A stretch of DNA of 64,000 nt. Source: Macrostomum hystrix (Eukaryota > Animalia > Platyhelminthes). The DNA is taken from positions 3,720,001 through 3,784,000 of the forward strand of contig CATNEN010000024.1 of assembly GCA_950097015.1 (NCBI GenBank), written 5' to 3'. The notes beneath the pieces are model-generated. The model worked only from the letters and a program-made list of their open reading frames with translations. It was not told the origin of the DNA and ran no database searches. Position numbers and translations under genes: made by a program. Below are positions 1 to 11,600 of this stretch, piece after piece; within the stretch, counting starts at the first letter, position 1; the number at the start of each line of letters is the position of its first letter.

Positions 1-56
1 TAAACAGGAAGATCAGTATGATAATAAGCATTATCTGCGTTCTATTGGCATTTTAC

Positions 57-2220
57 CGGAGCTGCGGAACCCCGACGAGAGCCAGTCTGGGATGTGGCGC
101 CGCCCATCTGGATGTCATCATCGTCGTTGTCATGGCTACCCGGCTGATACGAAGGTAATCGTTATAGTTGGCGGAACTTTAGTTATCTTATCTTATCTTA
201 TCTTTAGTCACTTATCTCAGAATGGAATTGGGCTTTTTTACCATTTAATATCGATCCTTAACACCTAAACCAATAAACTATGTCTGTTCAGACGAATAAA
301 ATCTCCGCATTTTGCATTCACAACATTTACGACCTTGAGGGTCAACCTCTAAGGCACAGTGAGAGTGTACACCGCCTGACGATGAGAAAAAGTCAGGGCA
401 GATTGATGTACACACCTGTGTGAGCGTGTGCCTACGTACAGTATCGGTGTGAGTGTGTGCTCAGGAGTCAGCGAAATGGGCAGAATTGCCTCCTCTTGCA
501 GAAGTGTCACCAAATGATTTGTGAGTGACCACAACCCTCCTGCAAATAATAATTATTATTACTAACTATTGCTAATATCATTAAATTGTTTCTAAATAAT
601 CAGAATCTGTGTAAAGTAGCTCGTAAATCAATTTAGCCATAGTTTTCTGTGCCTATCGAAAGCAATTGTCATGCAACAATCAAATTATCGCCATCAAATT
701 ATCAACAATTACAGGGAAATATGTGAGAGGTGACAAATTGGTACTCGTAAATTTCATCTGTAAGCTTATAGCCTGAGTGACAGTGCAAAGCGATGCAGCA
801 AGCTGACAAACATATTTGGACACGACACGCCTCCTCTTGATGTCTATCTACTGTGCTAGACTATGAATGGTTACCTTAGCAACCGAGGCGGCGGGCGCCG
901 CCACCGGTGCCTCTTTGCCTGCCCTTCCCGGCGGTCTGTCAGCAGTTGGCTTTGGCTTGTCACGCTGCTTTTAAAGATTATTAACGAAGTGGGAAATTTC
1001 TAAGGGTTGTATTGTGAAGCAAGATTTGTCAGAAAGGAAGCTAACCTGAGCATCGGAGGTGCGCGACTTTTTATCGTCTCCTCGAACTCGGGTTCGCTCT
1101 TTGTCGCCGTCTTTGTCACTGCGGCCTCTGTCTTTTTCTTTTCCTCTGCTTTCCCGGTCTTTGTCCTTCTCCTTCTCCCTCTCTCGGTCTTTGTCCCTGT
1201 CCTTCTCTCTGTCTTTGCCCCTCTCTTTCTCTCCTTCGCGTTCTTTTTCTTTCTCTCTTTCCCGGTCTTTGTCCTTCTCATTCTCCCGGTCTTTGTCTCT
1301 CTCCTTTTCTCGATCTCTACTTTTTTCTTTGCCGCCTTCGTCCCGGTCACGCTTTTTATCCCGGCTGCCGTCGTCTTCCCGACGCCGCTCCTTTGAGCTG
1401 TGCTCGCGCTCGTCCTTCCGGCGCTCCTTGCTGTCCTCGCGCGGCTGCTTCTTGGAGCCACCGGCCGACGCCGCCGCCGGGCCCTCGCCATTGAGGACGC
1501 GTTTAACGAATTCGGCATTGTTAACCTGATGAAATATTGGAAAAAAAGAAGCGATAAAAATGCACATTGCTACTCACAGTAGGCTCATTCGCGTGCTTTC
1601 TTGTGTCCAAGAAGCACAAGGGGCTAATTCACCCGAGACTACGAGGTGAATTCGTAAATTCTAGAGCAGGGAGAATTTTTTGTTGCGCACCTTCTGAATC
1701 AAGAATTGAGTCGCCACCTATACAAAACTTCGAGATCCTTATCCTTTTAACTAAATCCCACCTTTTTGCCGAGTGCAGCGGCCAGATCTTGCAGAAATAG
1801 GTTGGTCTTGTCGGCCTCTTTGCCGGCAACAATTGCGGAGGGCTTGACTGCCACCTCTTTGCCATTAACCAGGCCTGGATTGCATTACGAGAGGGCAGGT
1901 GTTTTTTATGATTCTGTGGCAGAAATCAATGCACTATAATCGAGACTTTGGCGTTATCAAAGCTTACCAACCAGACGAATCACCTTGTCCAGGTAGGCGA
2001 TTTTGCTGTCGCGATCCTTGAAGCTGTCCGGGTTCATCTCGGCTGCCGTGAACAGGCCCTCCATGAAGCCCGTGCTTTTTATTACGGATGTGAAAATGTC
2101 ATGCAGGTACTTAAACGGAGGCCTGCCGAGCAGTTTCTCTGTCAGGGGAGGTCGCTTGACGTACTTGCCTAACGAGCTCTGCGTTGCTTTGATTACAGTG
2201 GGACTCACTTCCTCGGACAT
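57..2220 (-). CDS. TRAF3IP1: TRAF3-interacting protein 1 / IFT54 / MIP-T3, 5' part (5 exons; continues beyond window start)
   Basis: Exons 2220-1968, 1874-1762, 1525-1046, 964-875, 143-57 have GT/AG ends and matching phases. N-terminus [45 protein letters not shown]...[15 protein letters not shown] is the recognisable IFT54 calponin-homology domain, followed by the K/E/R/D-rich region typical of the family. Confidence 0.95.
329..565 (+). mobile_element. SINE family A, 5'-truncated
   Basis: Shares CAACCTC(T/C)AAGGCACAGTGAGAGTGTACAC...GAGTCAGCGAAATGGGCAGAATTGCCTCCTC and an (ATT)n tail with other copies. Confidence 0.9.
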
Positions 2221-2286
2221 TGTGCTGGAGTTTGAATTTAGATTTAATGCTGTAATATGATTCTACTTCGAATTGTGATGCGAGAC

Positions 2287-2300
2287 GTTTCAACAGAGAC
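2287..2300 (-). promoter_or_regulatory. Candidate RFX X-box upstream of TRAF3IP1
   Basis: GTCTCTGTTGAAAC (minus strand), 67-80 nt upstream of the ATG, matches the GTHNYYATRRNAAC X-box consensus with two mismatches. IFT genes are established RFX targets. Confidence 0.4.
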
Positions 2301-5009
2301 AAATAAATCATGGAAACATTGCATAACTATTGGAAGTCATACTTTTGTTGAAACAAAGTAACTAAAAAATAATATCTATTATCTGTGTTCATCTTGGTAG
2401 CAAGAGTTATGATTTTCCAAAAAAGGACTAGTTTTTTTTAATTATTTATCAGAATTTAGTTGCAAATATTATTGAAAGAAAAATTCCAATAAAGTTTCCG
2501 ATTTCCGGGTGTCCCACTGTGTGCATCTGATGTGAATTAAAATGTTGGATATATCAGTCTTAGACATACTCATTTTCAGTTAAATCCATATTTTCAATTC
2601 GTTTTCTATTACTGAGTTTTATAAAAAACATAAAACATTAAAAAAATATTTTGTAACTTTTCTTTGCTTTTTACTGCATAGATATGCAACAAAAATACAT
2701 AGAAAACACTACCAAAAAAATTTATACTACAAATATAACATTTATACAATATGTTTTAAAAAAGACAAACATCAATTTGCTAGAACTGAAAGCAATAGTA
2801 AATGAAAATAACAATTAAGTTTTCTGTAATTTAGTTATTCAACGTCAATAAATATTTTGCTAAGCTAAACCTGATAGCTTAGATATAGATATATAACTGA
2901 CATCTGGACATGTGCAGATAGTCTTAAGTTATAATTTTTCACACAATGATTCAGCTTGCTTAGGACAACATAAACCGAGAAATTGGTATCTCAGACTCAA
3001 CCTAAAAGAAAATTTCAAAAATTTAAATGTCTAAGTGAGAAGTCTAATTTCACAGCCGTATTTCAGTTGTCAAATAAAAACGTTGAACATCAAAATGTCA
3101 GCTTTTCGTCTCTTTCCCTTCAGAAACAACTGCTATCACGCTTGTGCCCATAAAAAAGAACTTTTACGACTTATAGATGCAACTTAGACGCAAGAATTCG
3201 TAAAATCTGCACATGTCAGTTTTTTAATACCGATTTTTGTGTAAATATACTTGTACAAAGCGTAGGCAACGGCCGCAACGTGAATCACTGTCAATAAAAA
3301 GTATTGGAATTCCAAAGTTGAAATTAAGAAGTAAAGCTAAATTTACTCATTTCAGATGCAAAGCAAACACTTAGTTTAGGCTTTAAATTGTATATTTTAA
3401 AAATATATAAAGTATTATGTTTGTGAAGCGAATAAAAAGAAATTCAATTACAGATCTGCAAATATTTTAACCAACTGTTTGTTATACTGCTTGGTAGCAA
3501 AAAGCCGTTGGCACTGAAACACAGCTAAGTATTGTAGCTGATTGCTACAAATGTTGCTAGTTTATTCCAGAATCGGCAAAAGCTTGTGCTTGTTTATTTA
3601 GTTTTGTCGTGGGGTTACATTTAAGTCTTAACCGGGCGACTGTACCTAACGATAACAAGGGTCATAGACAAATACAAATTAGAGGTGAGGGGGGAAATAC
3701 ATTTGAATCTTTAAATATTAAGCGTTAAAAAAGAAGTGAATTTCCTGCTACAAGATACTCCCCCACCCAAAATGGAGTTTATGCAAAGGTTTTGATTGTC
3801 ATTATGAAACAGTTAGAAAACGATGATTTTCAGTTAGGTTAATAATGGTTCAGTTGGACGGATGACGTTGGACGAACAGTTTAACGGATGGCTCTGTGGA
3901 AAAACTTAGACATGATATAATTATGTCTTTTATGTCTTTATGTCATTATGTCTTTTTACTTCTTATATATAATTATATAATACGACGAGCATTTGTCTTC
4001 ACGATCCTTCAGGACTTCTTCATACACTAAAGTGGAATTGAATAAATATATTTATATTTAACTAAGTACCAAAATCCGTAGTACTATAATATGACTCATG
4101 ACCTAATATGAGAAACAATTGTTGATTGTTCCCAACACATGTACCTGCACATGCAATACGTTAAATTATATGAGCCATTTTATGTCACGATATGTTCTAT
4201 CTTTAACGACAAAGTACGCATTTCAGCTCCTGCATGTGTTGTATAATTGTGCAGCGAAAAATAAATACTCGTAGTTATCGATTTACCATATGATCAATGG
4301 AATGTTTCTGAGAAATGCCTTGGATTGCAACATGAAGTCTCCCTATTCACTAATTCTCTATCTGCTCTACAAGAATTTAATTGCATGCAGTTCTTTGCAA
4401 TTTAATTGTGGCGGCTTTTAGACAAATAAATTTTTCATTAACACCATTTAAAAAACAATTTAATTTATAATTTTCCCTCTTTTGACATACGAGCTATTTT
4501 CGAAAAGATTGTGCACGGATGGCAACATGCAATAGATTTCCATATAAAGTATTGCAGAAGCAGCGAAGACAAATGAATCATAGTTTACGGATGTTGGTGT
4601 TAGTTAAGTAAGCATGTGAGGACTCAAAACAGGTTGAATAATTAGAAGTTGCATTAAGATGTGACCGAAACACCAAAATAAAATGCAAAAATAGTCAGTG
4701 CAGCCAGATGTACAGTAAATTCATCTGTCTTGAGAACAATGAACAATATGAAATTGAGTCTCAGGAACTGTCTCTGTGGCGTGGGGTTGCTGGCTAAATC
4801 GGTGTACTCAGCGCGCTTTGAACGTTTGTTTTCATCATTTTATGCGGACTTGCAGAAGCATGCAGAAGCACGCCAAAGAAGGAATTTAACAATTAGCCTG
4901 AGAGCAGAACCCGAGTATGAAAAGAAGCTACCTGACTACGACAGCGTAGAATTCGGAAATTTTATCAAATAATATTCTAGAATTCAGGCACTGAATAAAA
5001 ATTCAAGAA

Positions 5010-6498
5010 ATGATCTATCAAAGTGTCGCCTACATAATCTTGGTGGCATTTTTGCACAGTCCGATGTTTCAATGCAATCGGATCCAGTTCTATAGCGACC
5101 AAGAAAAAGCCTTACGGATTTGGAGCACGAGTCTCATGGCTGAGTACTCAAGTTCAGCCAACTATCTAGCAGTGATTTTTCCCAGTGCACCCCACTACGA
5201 CAGCATCGGAACCTATGAGATCATATTGAGTCCGCCGCGAATGAGCCTGGAACGAAGCATCGGCCCATTGAACGTCAGTTGGACGTCTGTCAAGCAATTC
5301 GACGCTGCGGGAAGAGACGTCTTCACCCTATTGAGGATACCGATACCGACTGGATTTCGGAATCTTGTGAATTCATATAAGATTCACCTGCTGCCTCTGA
5401 TGTACAAGTGAGATACTTTTTACTTCTTAAAGCAGCAAAGGCCTTTATTGTCAAAAGCCCGATGTCTCTAATGCCACTAGAGTTATTTGTGCCTGAGTGC
5501 CTGAAGTGCTTCGTTGGAACTTAATTTAGGGCCAATAACTCGAGTAGTGATTGCAGTTATTTGATACGAATTATTTGCGCTAGTTGTAGTATTTCGTAGA
5601 TAGAGAGGGGTCGAACAAAAAGGTGTGGAAGAGACTGAGAGGCATAGGCAACCAGCCAATCACGTGCCCAGCCAATGACGAGGGTGGGGCTAGCGCATTC
5701 TCCATCGAACGCGTGGGGAAGAGAAAAAGCGGGGTAGGTGCTGGCCGTCAACCCCTTCACGTGACCCTGGCCCAGCCAATCGCTAACGGGAAGACAGGGG
5801 GCAATAATTAGGAGAAGGAGGAGCCTGGTCAGGGCAGAGCGGAGGATGATTGGTTCTCACGACCGAATCAACGAATATTTTAATAAGAACTGTAGGTGTT
5901 ACACAGCCTTCTAACTGAAAAAATGAAACCCTGCAGGAATAACACTGACATTGATTCGTTGGCCAGAACCTCCAAACTGGAGCCGCCATGTCACGTGACA
6001 TTTTCCTCGAGAGCTACGCGCCCAATAAGCATGCCCGGTTGGGAGCCAATCAACTGCACCGAGCGCTGGAATCGCAGACCGGCGAGCCTGAACGCTGCTC
6101 TCGCACAACTGCGCCTGAAGCTAAGCCAGGACGGCTGCTGTTTGACCCGGATGGATGAGAAGAAGGATGAGAAGGCGCTTCTGTTGACTAATGAGCCGCT
6201 TTCGCCATCTTTGAGAGCGCCAGTCACCGTCGCATTCGCCGCCACGGCAGTAGGATCTCTTCTGATTAGCCTGGTGGCTGTCGCGACAGTGCGAGCCAGA
6301 CGGGCCATTCGCCAGCCGCGATATGCCCTAGCGCCCTCCGGTGAGCCGTACAGCCTGCTGGCCGCGCACTGCCGCTCCGTGCACACGAAGGAGCCGCTGA
6401 TGCAGCAGGGCATGGCCTTTCGCATCTACCTGCGACCCTGGACTCTGGAAGAAGTGTGCAAGGCAGTGCTTGGCAAGCTGTACGTTCGCTGCTTTTAA
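5010..6498 (+). CDS. Orphan single-pass membrane protein (exons 5010-5407 and 5937-6498; true N-terminus uncertain)
   Basis: Donor AA|gtgaga at 5408 (phase 2) joins acceptor ctgcag|G at 5937 in frame, giving ~319 aa with a hydrophobic N-terminus, one TM segment (VTVAFAATAVGSLLISLVAVATV) and a basic stop-transfer RARRAIR. ORF 4730-4972 may supply an alternative N-terminal exon. Confidence 0.6.
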
Positions 6499-6629
6499 GG
6501 CACAGGGATAGTTTTTCTGACAATTCTACGCGTAATTTTTGCTTTTCTCTACACTAATTAGACCATTGTGAGGCCTGTGAGACAGTTGCACGTTACAACT
6601 TCAAGTATTCGATTAAAAATTTGTTTTCT

Positions 6630-7075
6630 GGAGCGCTTAGCCCAATGGTTTGGGCTGTGGACTTCTGACACAGAGAGGTCTTAAGTTCGAATCGCAGCTC
6701 AAGAAATAATAATAATTGCAGGAGGGCTGTGGGCAATGGCACATCATTTGGTGACGCTAGACCCGCAGCCAGCGAGGAGGCAATTCCGACCATATCGCTG
6801 ACTCCTGAGCACACACGCACACAGATACTGTACGCAGGTACACACACACACAGGTGTGTACATCTGCACTGACTGCAATTTCGTCAGGCAGTGTACACTC
6901 TAACTGTGCCTTGGAGGTTGACCATCAAGTGTCCCAAATTAAAGGGAATTAATTTATGTCCTGGAATAAAATATGTGGTAGAAATTCGGGTGGATTTGGT
7001 GGTTTTATCTAATGCAGTCCATGGACTGAACAGCTGATGTACTACGCCGCCAATAGCTACGGAGAAAGAAAAGTT
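6630..7075 (+). mobile_element. SINE family B, interrupted by a family A copy
   Basis: tRNA-like head with GTTCGAATC at ~6685; 3' signature CAGTCCATGGACTGAACAGC and CAATAGCT at ~7015-7060. Confidence 0.65.
6706..6925 (-). mobile_element. SINE family A, inserted in a family B copy
   Basis: Reverse complement of the family A body and tail, located between the head and 3' part of a family B copy. Confidence 0.85.
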
Positions 7076-7619
7076 GTCATTGAAATGTTATTGAAAAGCA
7101 ATTGTGCCTAGTTCCCAGCAATAAAACATTCGTTTAAGGAGAGCTTTGACCAGCCTCCTTTCAATCATTGTCAAATTATTTAATCTGTGTTCGGCTTTTT
7201 TATCATTAGATAAAAACTGCCTTGCGTGCGAGTGTATTATAGCAGTTAAGAATCAAAGGCTATAAGCCAATAGCGGAATTCCTGTAGCTTTCTTACTCGG
7301 AGCCCTGTGATTGGCTCGCTGTGTTTTAAATATCATGGCGCATTAAAAAAATTCGCTAATCAAAAGTATCAAATTGCGCGACCTTAATAAATTATTCAAA
7401 ATAGAAGCTAACTATGAAAAACTGGACTGCCGCTGTGTATTTTGTGGGCCTTTTCTTCTGCTTATCAGAGGGTGAGTTAATTATTGCTCAATCAATTCTA
7501 GATGCTCTTTTATTTGACAGGATGACCAATAAATGATATAAATACGACAGGGACATGTTCCAGTGTCGTGATTTGGTAGAGCAAGGAGTTCGGGGGTCGG
7601 AGAGCGGGGATTTCGGTAA

Positions 7620-8280
7620 GCAAATAATTTAATTATCCAGGATTTCGTTTATTCGGGATTTCATTTGTCCGGAATTTCATTTATCCAGGATTTCATTTAT
7701 CCAGGATTTCATTTATCCAGGATTTCATTTATCCAGGATTTCGGTGAGCAAGGATTTCGGTGAGCAGGGATTTCAGTGAGCAGTGATTTCGGTGAGCAGT
7801 GATTTCGGTGAGCAGGGATTTCAGTGAGCAGTGATTTTGGTGAGCAGGGATTTCAGTGAGCAGTGATTTCGGTGAGCAGGGATTTCGGTCACAGGGATTT
7901 CAGTGAGCAGGGATTTCGGTGAGCAGGGATTTCAGTGAGCAGGGATTTTGGTGAGCAGGGATTTCAGTGAGCAAGGATTTCGGTGAGCAGGGTTTCGGTC
8001 ACAGGGATTTCAGTGAGCAGGGATTTCGGTGAGCAGGGATTTCAGTGAGCAGTGATTTCAGTGAGCAGGGATTTCAGTGAGCGGGGATTTCAGTGAGCAG
8101 GGATTTTGGTGAGCGGGGATTTCAGTGAGCAGGGATTTCAGTGAGCAGGGATTTCAGTGAGCAGGGATTTTGGTGAGCAGGGATTTCGGTGAGCAAGGAT
8201 TTCGGTGAGCAGGGTTTCGGTCAGCAGGGATTTCGGTGAGCAGGGATTTCGGTGAGCAGGGATTTCGGTGATACGGGATC
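7620..8280. repeat. 16-bp minisatellite, two successive unit types
   Basis: (ATCCAGGATTTCATTT)n followed by (GGTGAGCAGGGATTTC)n. Confidence 0.95.
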
Positions 8281-8575
8281 TCGTTGATTCGATAGAAGCC
8301 TCCGTTTCTACACATTTGAAAGCGATATCTTGCTGGTTATACTCGGCTGCGCTGTTCCTCCTCCAGAAAAATCGGATCCCAGAATTGATCCTAATGGTCA
8401 TATATAAATAGAGCTGAAATCAACAGCGGCCTGACCCTTGAAGTTTGTCCATGTTATGCACAGCAACCCAACAAGCTTCGGTGCCTCCTCCCGCAATAAG
8501 CTGGGACTTTGTTTACCATAGACGCACATACGGACAGGCGGTCGGATTCAAGTGGAAGCAGCTGGTAGGAGGCCC

Positions 8576-8589
8576 ATGGAATTGTGGCG

Positions 8590-8621
<32 letters not shown>

Positions 8622-11600
8622 GTGTGTTCAGATTGTAGCCATCTTAATTGCGATCCACTGGAAGAAAACGCAACAGAATCTGCAATAATCTTTGCCCGCA
8701 ATCCCAAACCCGTCAGAATCTCATGATGAAATCTGGAAATTGAATTTTTATACTTCTTTTAGTGCAAAATCGACAGTCTCTAGACGGAGTTTGCAGGGAT
8801 TGTAATTGATTGATTTTATGCTGGTTAGGCGAAAACTCCCCCTTTCATTTATCACTCTGCGAAGGCAATTAATCTTCTGCTGGTAAGTCCACCGAATCAT
8901 CTGGATCCGACATGTATAGAGTGAGGTGAAGTATAGAATCAATCTAATTATGCATCCGAATCCGAATCTGAATTCGATTTCAGGATCAAGATGATAGTCT
9001 TGATAATCCAAATCCACTTCAAACTCAATATTAAAATGAAAAAAATTATGTTAAAATAAGAATTCTAAATCGAAATCCGAAATCGAAACCTAAAATAAAT
9101 CCCAATCCCAATCCCAATCCCAATCCCAATCCCAATCTTAATCCCAATCCCAATCCCAATCCCAATCCCAATCCCCATCCCAATCATAATCCCAATCTTA
9201 ATCCCAATCCCAATCCCAATCCCAATCCCAATCCCAATCCCAATCCCAATCCCCATCCCAATCATAATCCCAATCCCAATCCCAATCCTAATTCTAATCC
9301 TAATCCCAATCGCAAAATCAATCCGAATCTCTATCCAAATCTTAATCCCAACATCAATCCTAGTCTCAATCCCAATCCCACCATAATCCCAATCCCAATC
9401 CCAATCCCAATCCCAATCCAAAATCGAATCAAAATCCAAAGGTAGATTTAAAACTCAAAGAATTGGGATTTCAACAAATTCATTTGTTCCGCGCAGGAAA
9501 AATCCCACCCACATTGCCAATGTGCCCGGAGTCGTTTGCACGCAGGGCGGCCCAGTGCCGACGTCGGGTTGGCGACCAGCTGAAACAGATGGTCCATGGC
9601 GCGTCGACAATCGCGCCTCTGTTTGCTGGCAGCCTGCAGCCTACAGAGCTGTCAGCCTCGTGCAGGTGAGGGAAACATGTGTTAAATGGTATGGCTCGGG
9701 AGTGGAGAGGTCAGGAGTTCGAGTCTCAGGCCTTTGGGAACATAATTGCGCATTGTGCTTTAGTTTAGACTGCATTAAAATGGGCACCGAAATCGGCCTA
9801 CTCAGTTCATCTATCCCTAATATAGGCTTCGCGGGGGTTTTAGACTTGTGGTTAGAGCTTCAGATTCACTACTTGAAGGTCGGGGGTTCGAGTCCGACTC
9901 CACTGGAACAATTTGTGTCCTTTAGAAAGACCCTTCCATTCACTATGGATTGCTTCAGTTCATCCAGCATTAGCTGGGGAAATTGAGAAAGTGGGTGTGG
10001 CGTCCCCCAGTCCATGGACTGAACAGCCGTACGCAACCTTCAAAGGCGCCGAGCAATAGCTGCGGCTGTAAATCTGACCCAGTCTAGTGCAAATGTAATA
10101 AATAATTATATGTATTTATTCCCTTTCAAATTAACAATTCAATTTCCAAAAGGCTATCCCAGGAATTCGACAATTGCGACGCAGAGGCCGGTGGACTTTG
10201 CCGGCAAGCGAATCTCAGCCAGTCAGCTGGCGACGAGGAAGCCGGACTACCGATGGTGCGGCTGCTTCGCAGGCTCTGCCAAGACGACAGTCTGTGGAGT
10301 GAGTCTTCTAGGGCTCGATTTGTACACCAGTCTTGTACGAAAAGGAAGACACTGATAAATTTCGTTTCCTTACCAGTAGAAACGCCACTCTATCCGATGT
10401 AGGCAGCGGGTATTTGAAATACCTTGTTGTCTCTTCACAGGGGAGAAATATCGAGGTCTTTCATGATTTTATTCCAAAGTTGGAATAAGATATCGACATG
10501 CTAAATCAATCACCTACTCCAACAATTTCTCATCGATGCATGCAGACTATGCAGTGGTGTTTCTCTGTTTTCGTTCCGCCGGAGATCAATTGATTCAGCG
10601 TTGCTATGACGACCGAGATCACTGGCCGGGTCGGCAACGGTGCAGGTAACTAATGGAAACTGATTTTCCTAGAAAGAAAACTAATGGCAATTATTTTCTG
10701 TCTGTTAGGAGATATTCCATTCAAAAGTTATTTAAACTATGCCAATCTAATTATGCCACAATGCTTGTATGGGCAAAGAGCGGCTGACTCAGAGACTGTC
10801 CACATTCCGATGCCGTATTGGTCAAATTGAAGGAATTTTGGCCTAAGAAAAAATGCTGCTACTGTAACGTACAAAAGATCCATGATGCGTCAGAAAATTA
10901 GCTTCAGGAAAATTTAGTAAACTAGCTGTTTTTTAACTTTGGAAAATATTACTAGCTCTGTTGATTTAAGCTCGCTAGTATCATTTTCTTGCACAGGTTA
11001 GGTCCAAGGCCTTACTTATCTATTAGGTCACACGAGCCTTACTTATCTATTAGGTCTCAAATGCCGCACTTATCTATTAGGTCTCACAGGTCTCACTTAT
11101 CTATTAGGTCTCAGGCCTCACTTATCTATTAGGTCACACGAGCCTTGCTTATCTATTAGGTCTCAAATGCCGCACTTATCTATTAGGTCTCACAGGTCTC
11201 ACTTATCTATTAGGTCTCAGGCCTCACTTATCTATTAGGTCACACAGGCCTTACTTATCTATTAGGTCTCACATGCCTCACTTATCTATTAGGTAACTCG
11301 ACAATCCAATCTATTAGGCCATCTACAGCCTCAATTATCTATTAGGTCACACAGGCCTTACTTATCTATTAGGTCTCACAGGCCTTACTTATCTATTAGG
11401 TCTCACAGGTCTCACTTATCTATTAGGTCTCACATGCCTCACTTATCTATTAGGTCACACGAGCCTTGCTTATCTATTAGGTCTCAAATGCCGCACTTAT
11501 CTATTAGGTCTCACAGGTCTCACTTATCTATTAGGTCTCAGGCCTCACTTATCTATTAGGTCACACAGGCCTTACTTATCTATTAGGTCTCACATGCCTC

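Noticed and set aside
1000-1582. Overlapping ORFs 1000-1518, 1007-1396, 1059-1529 and 1400-1582
   Set aside because: Alternative-frame and antisense shadows of the low-complexity TRAF3IP1 exon.
6630-6705. Possible tRNA gene (also 9835-9905 and the SINE heads)
   Set aside because: A and B boxes are present but no complete cloverleaf; each continues into SINE body sequence.
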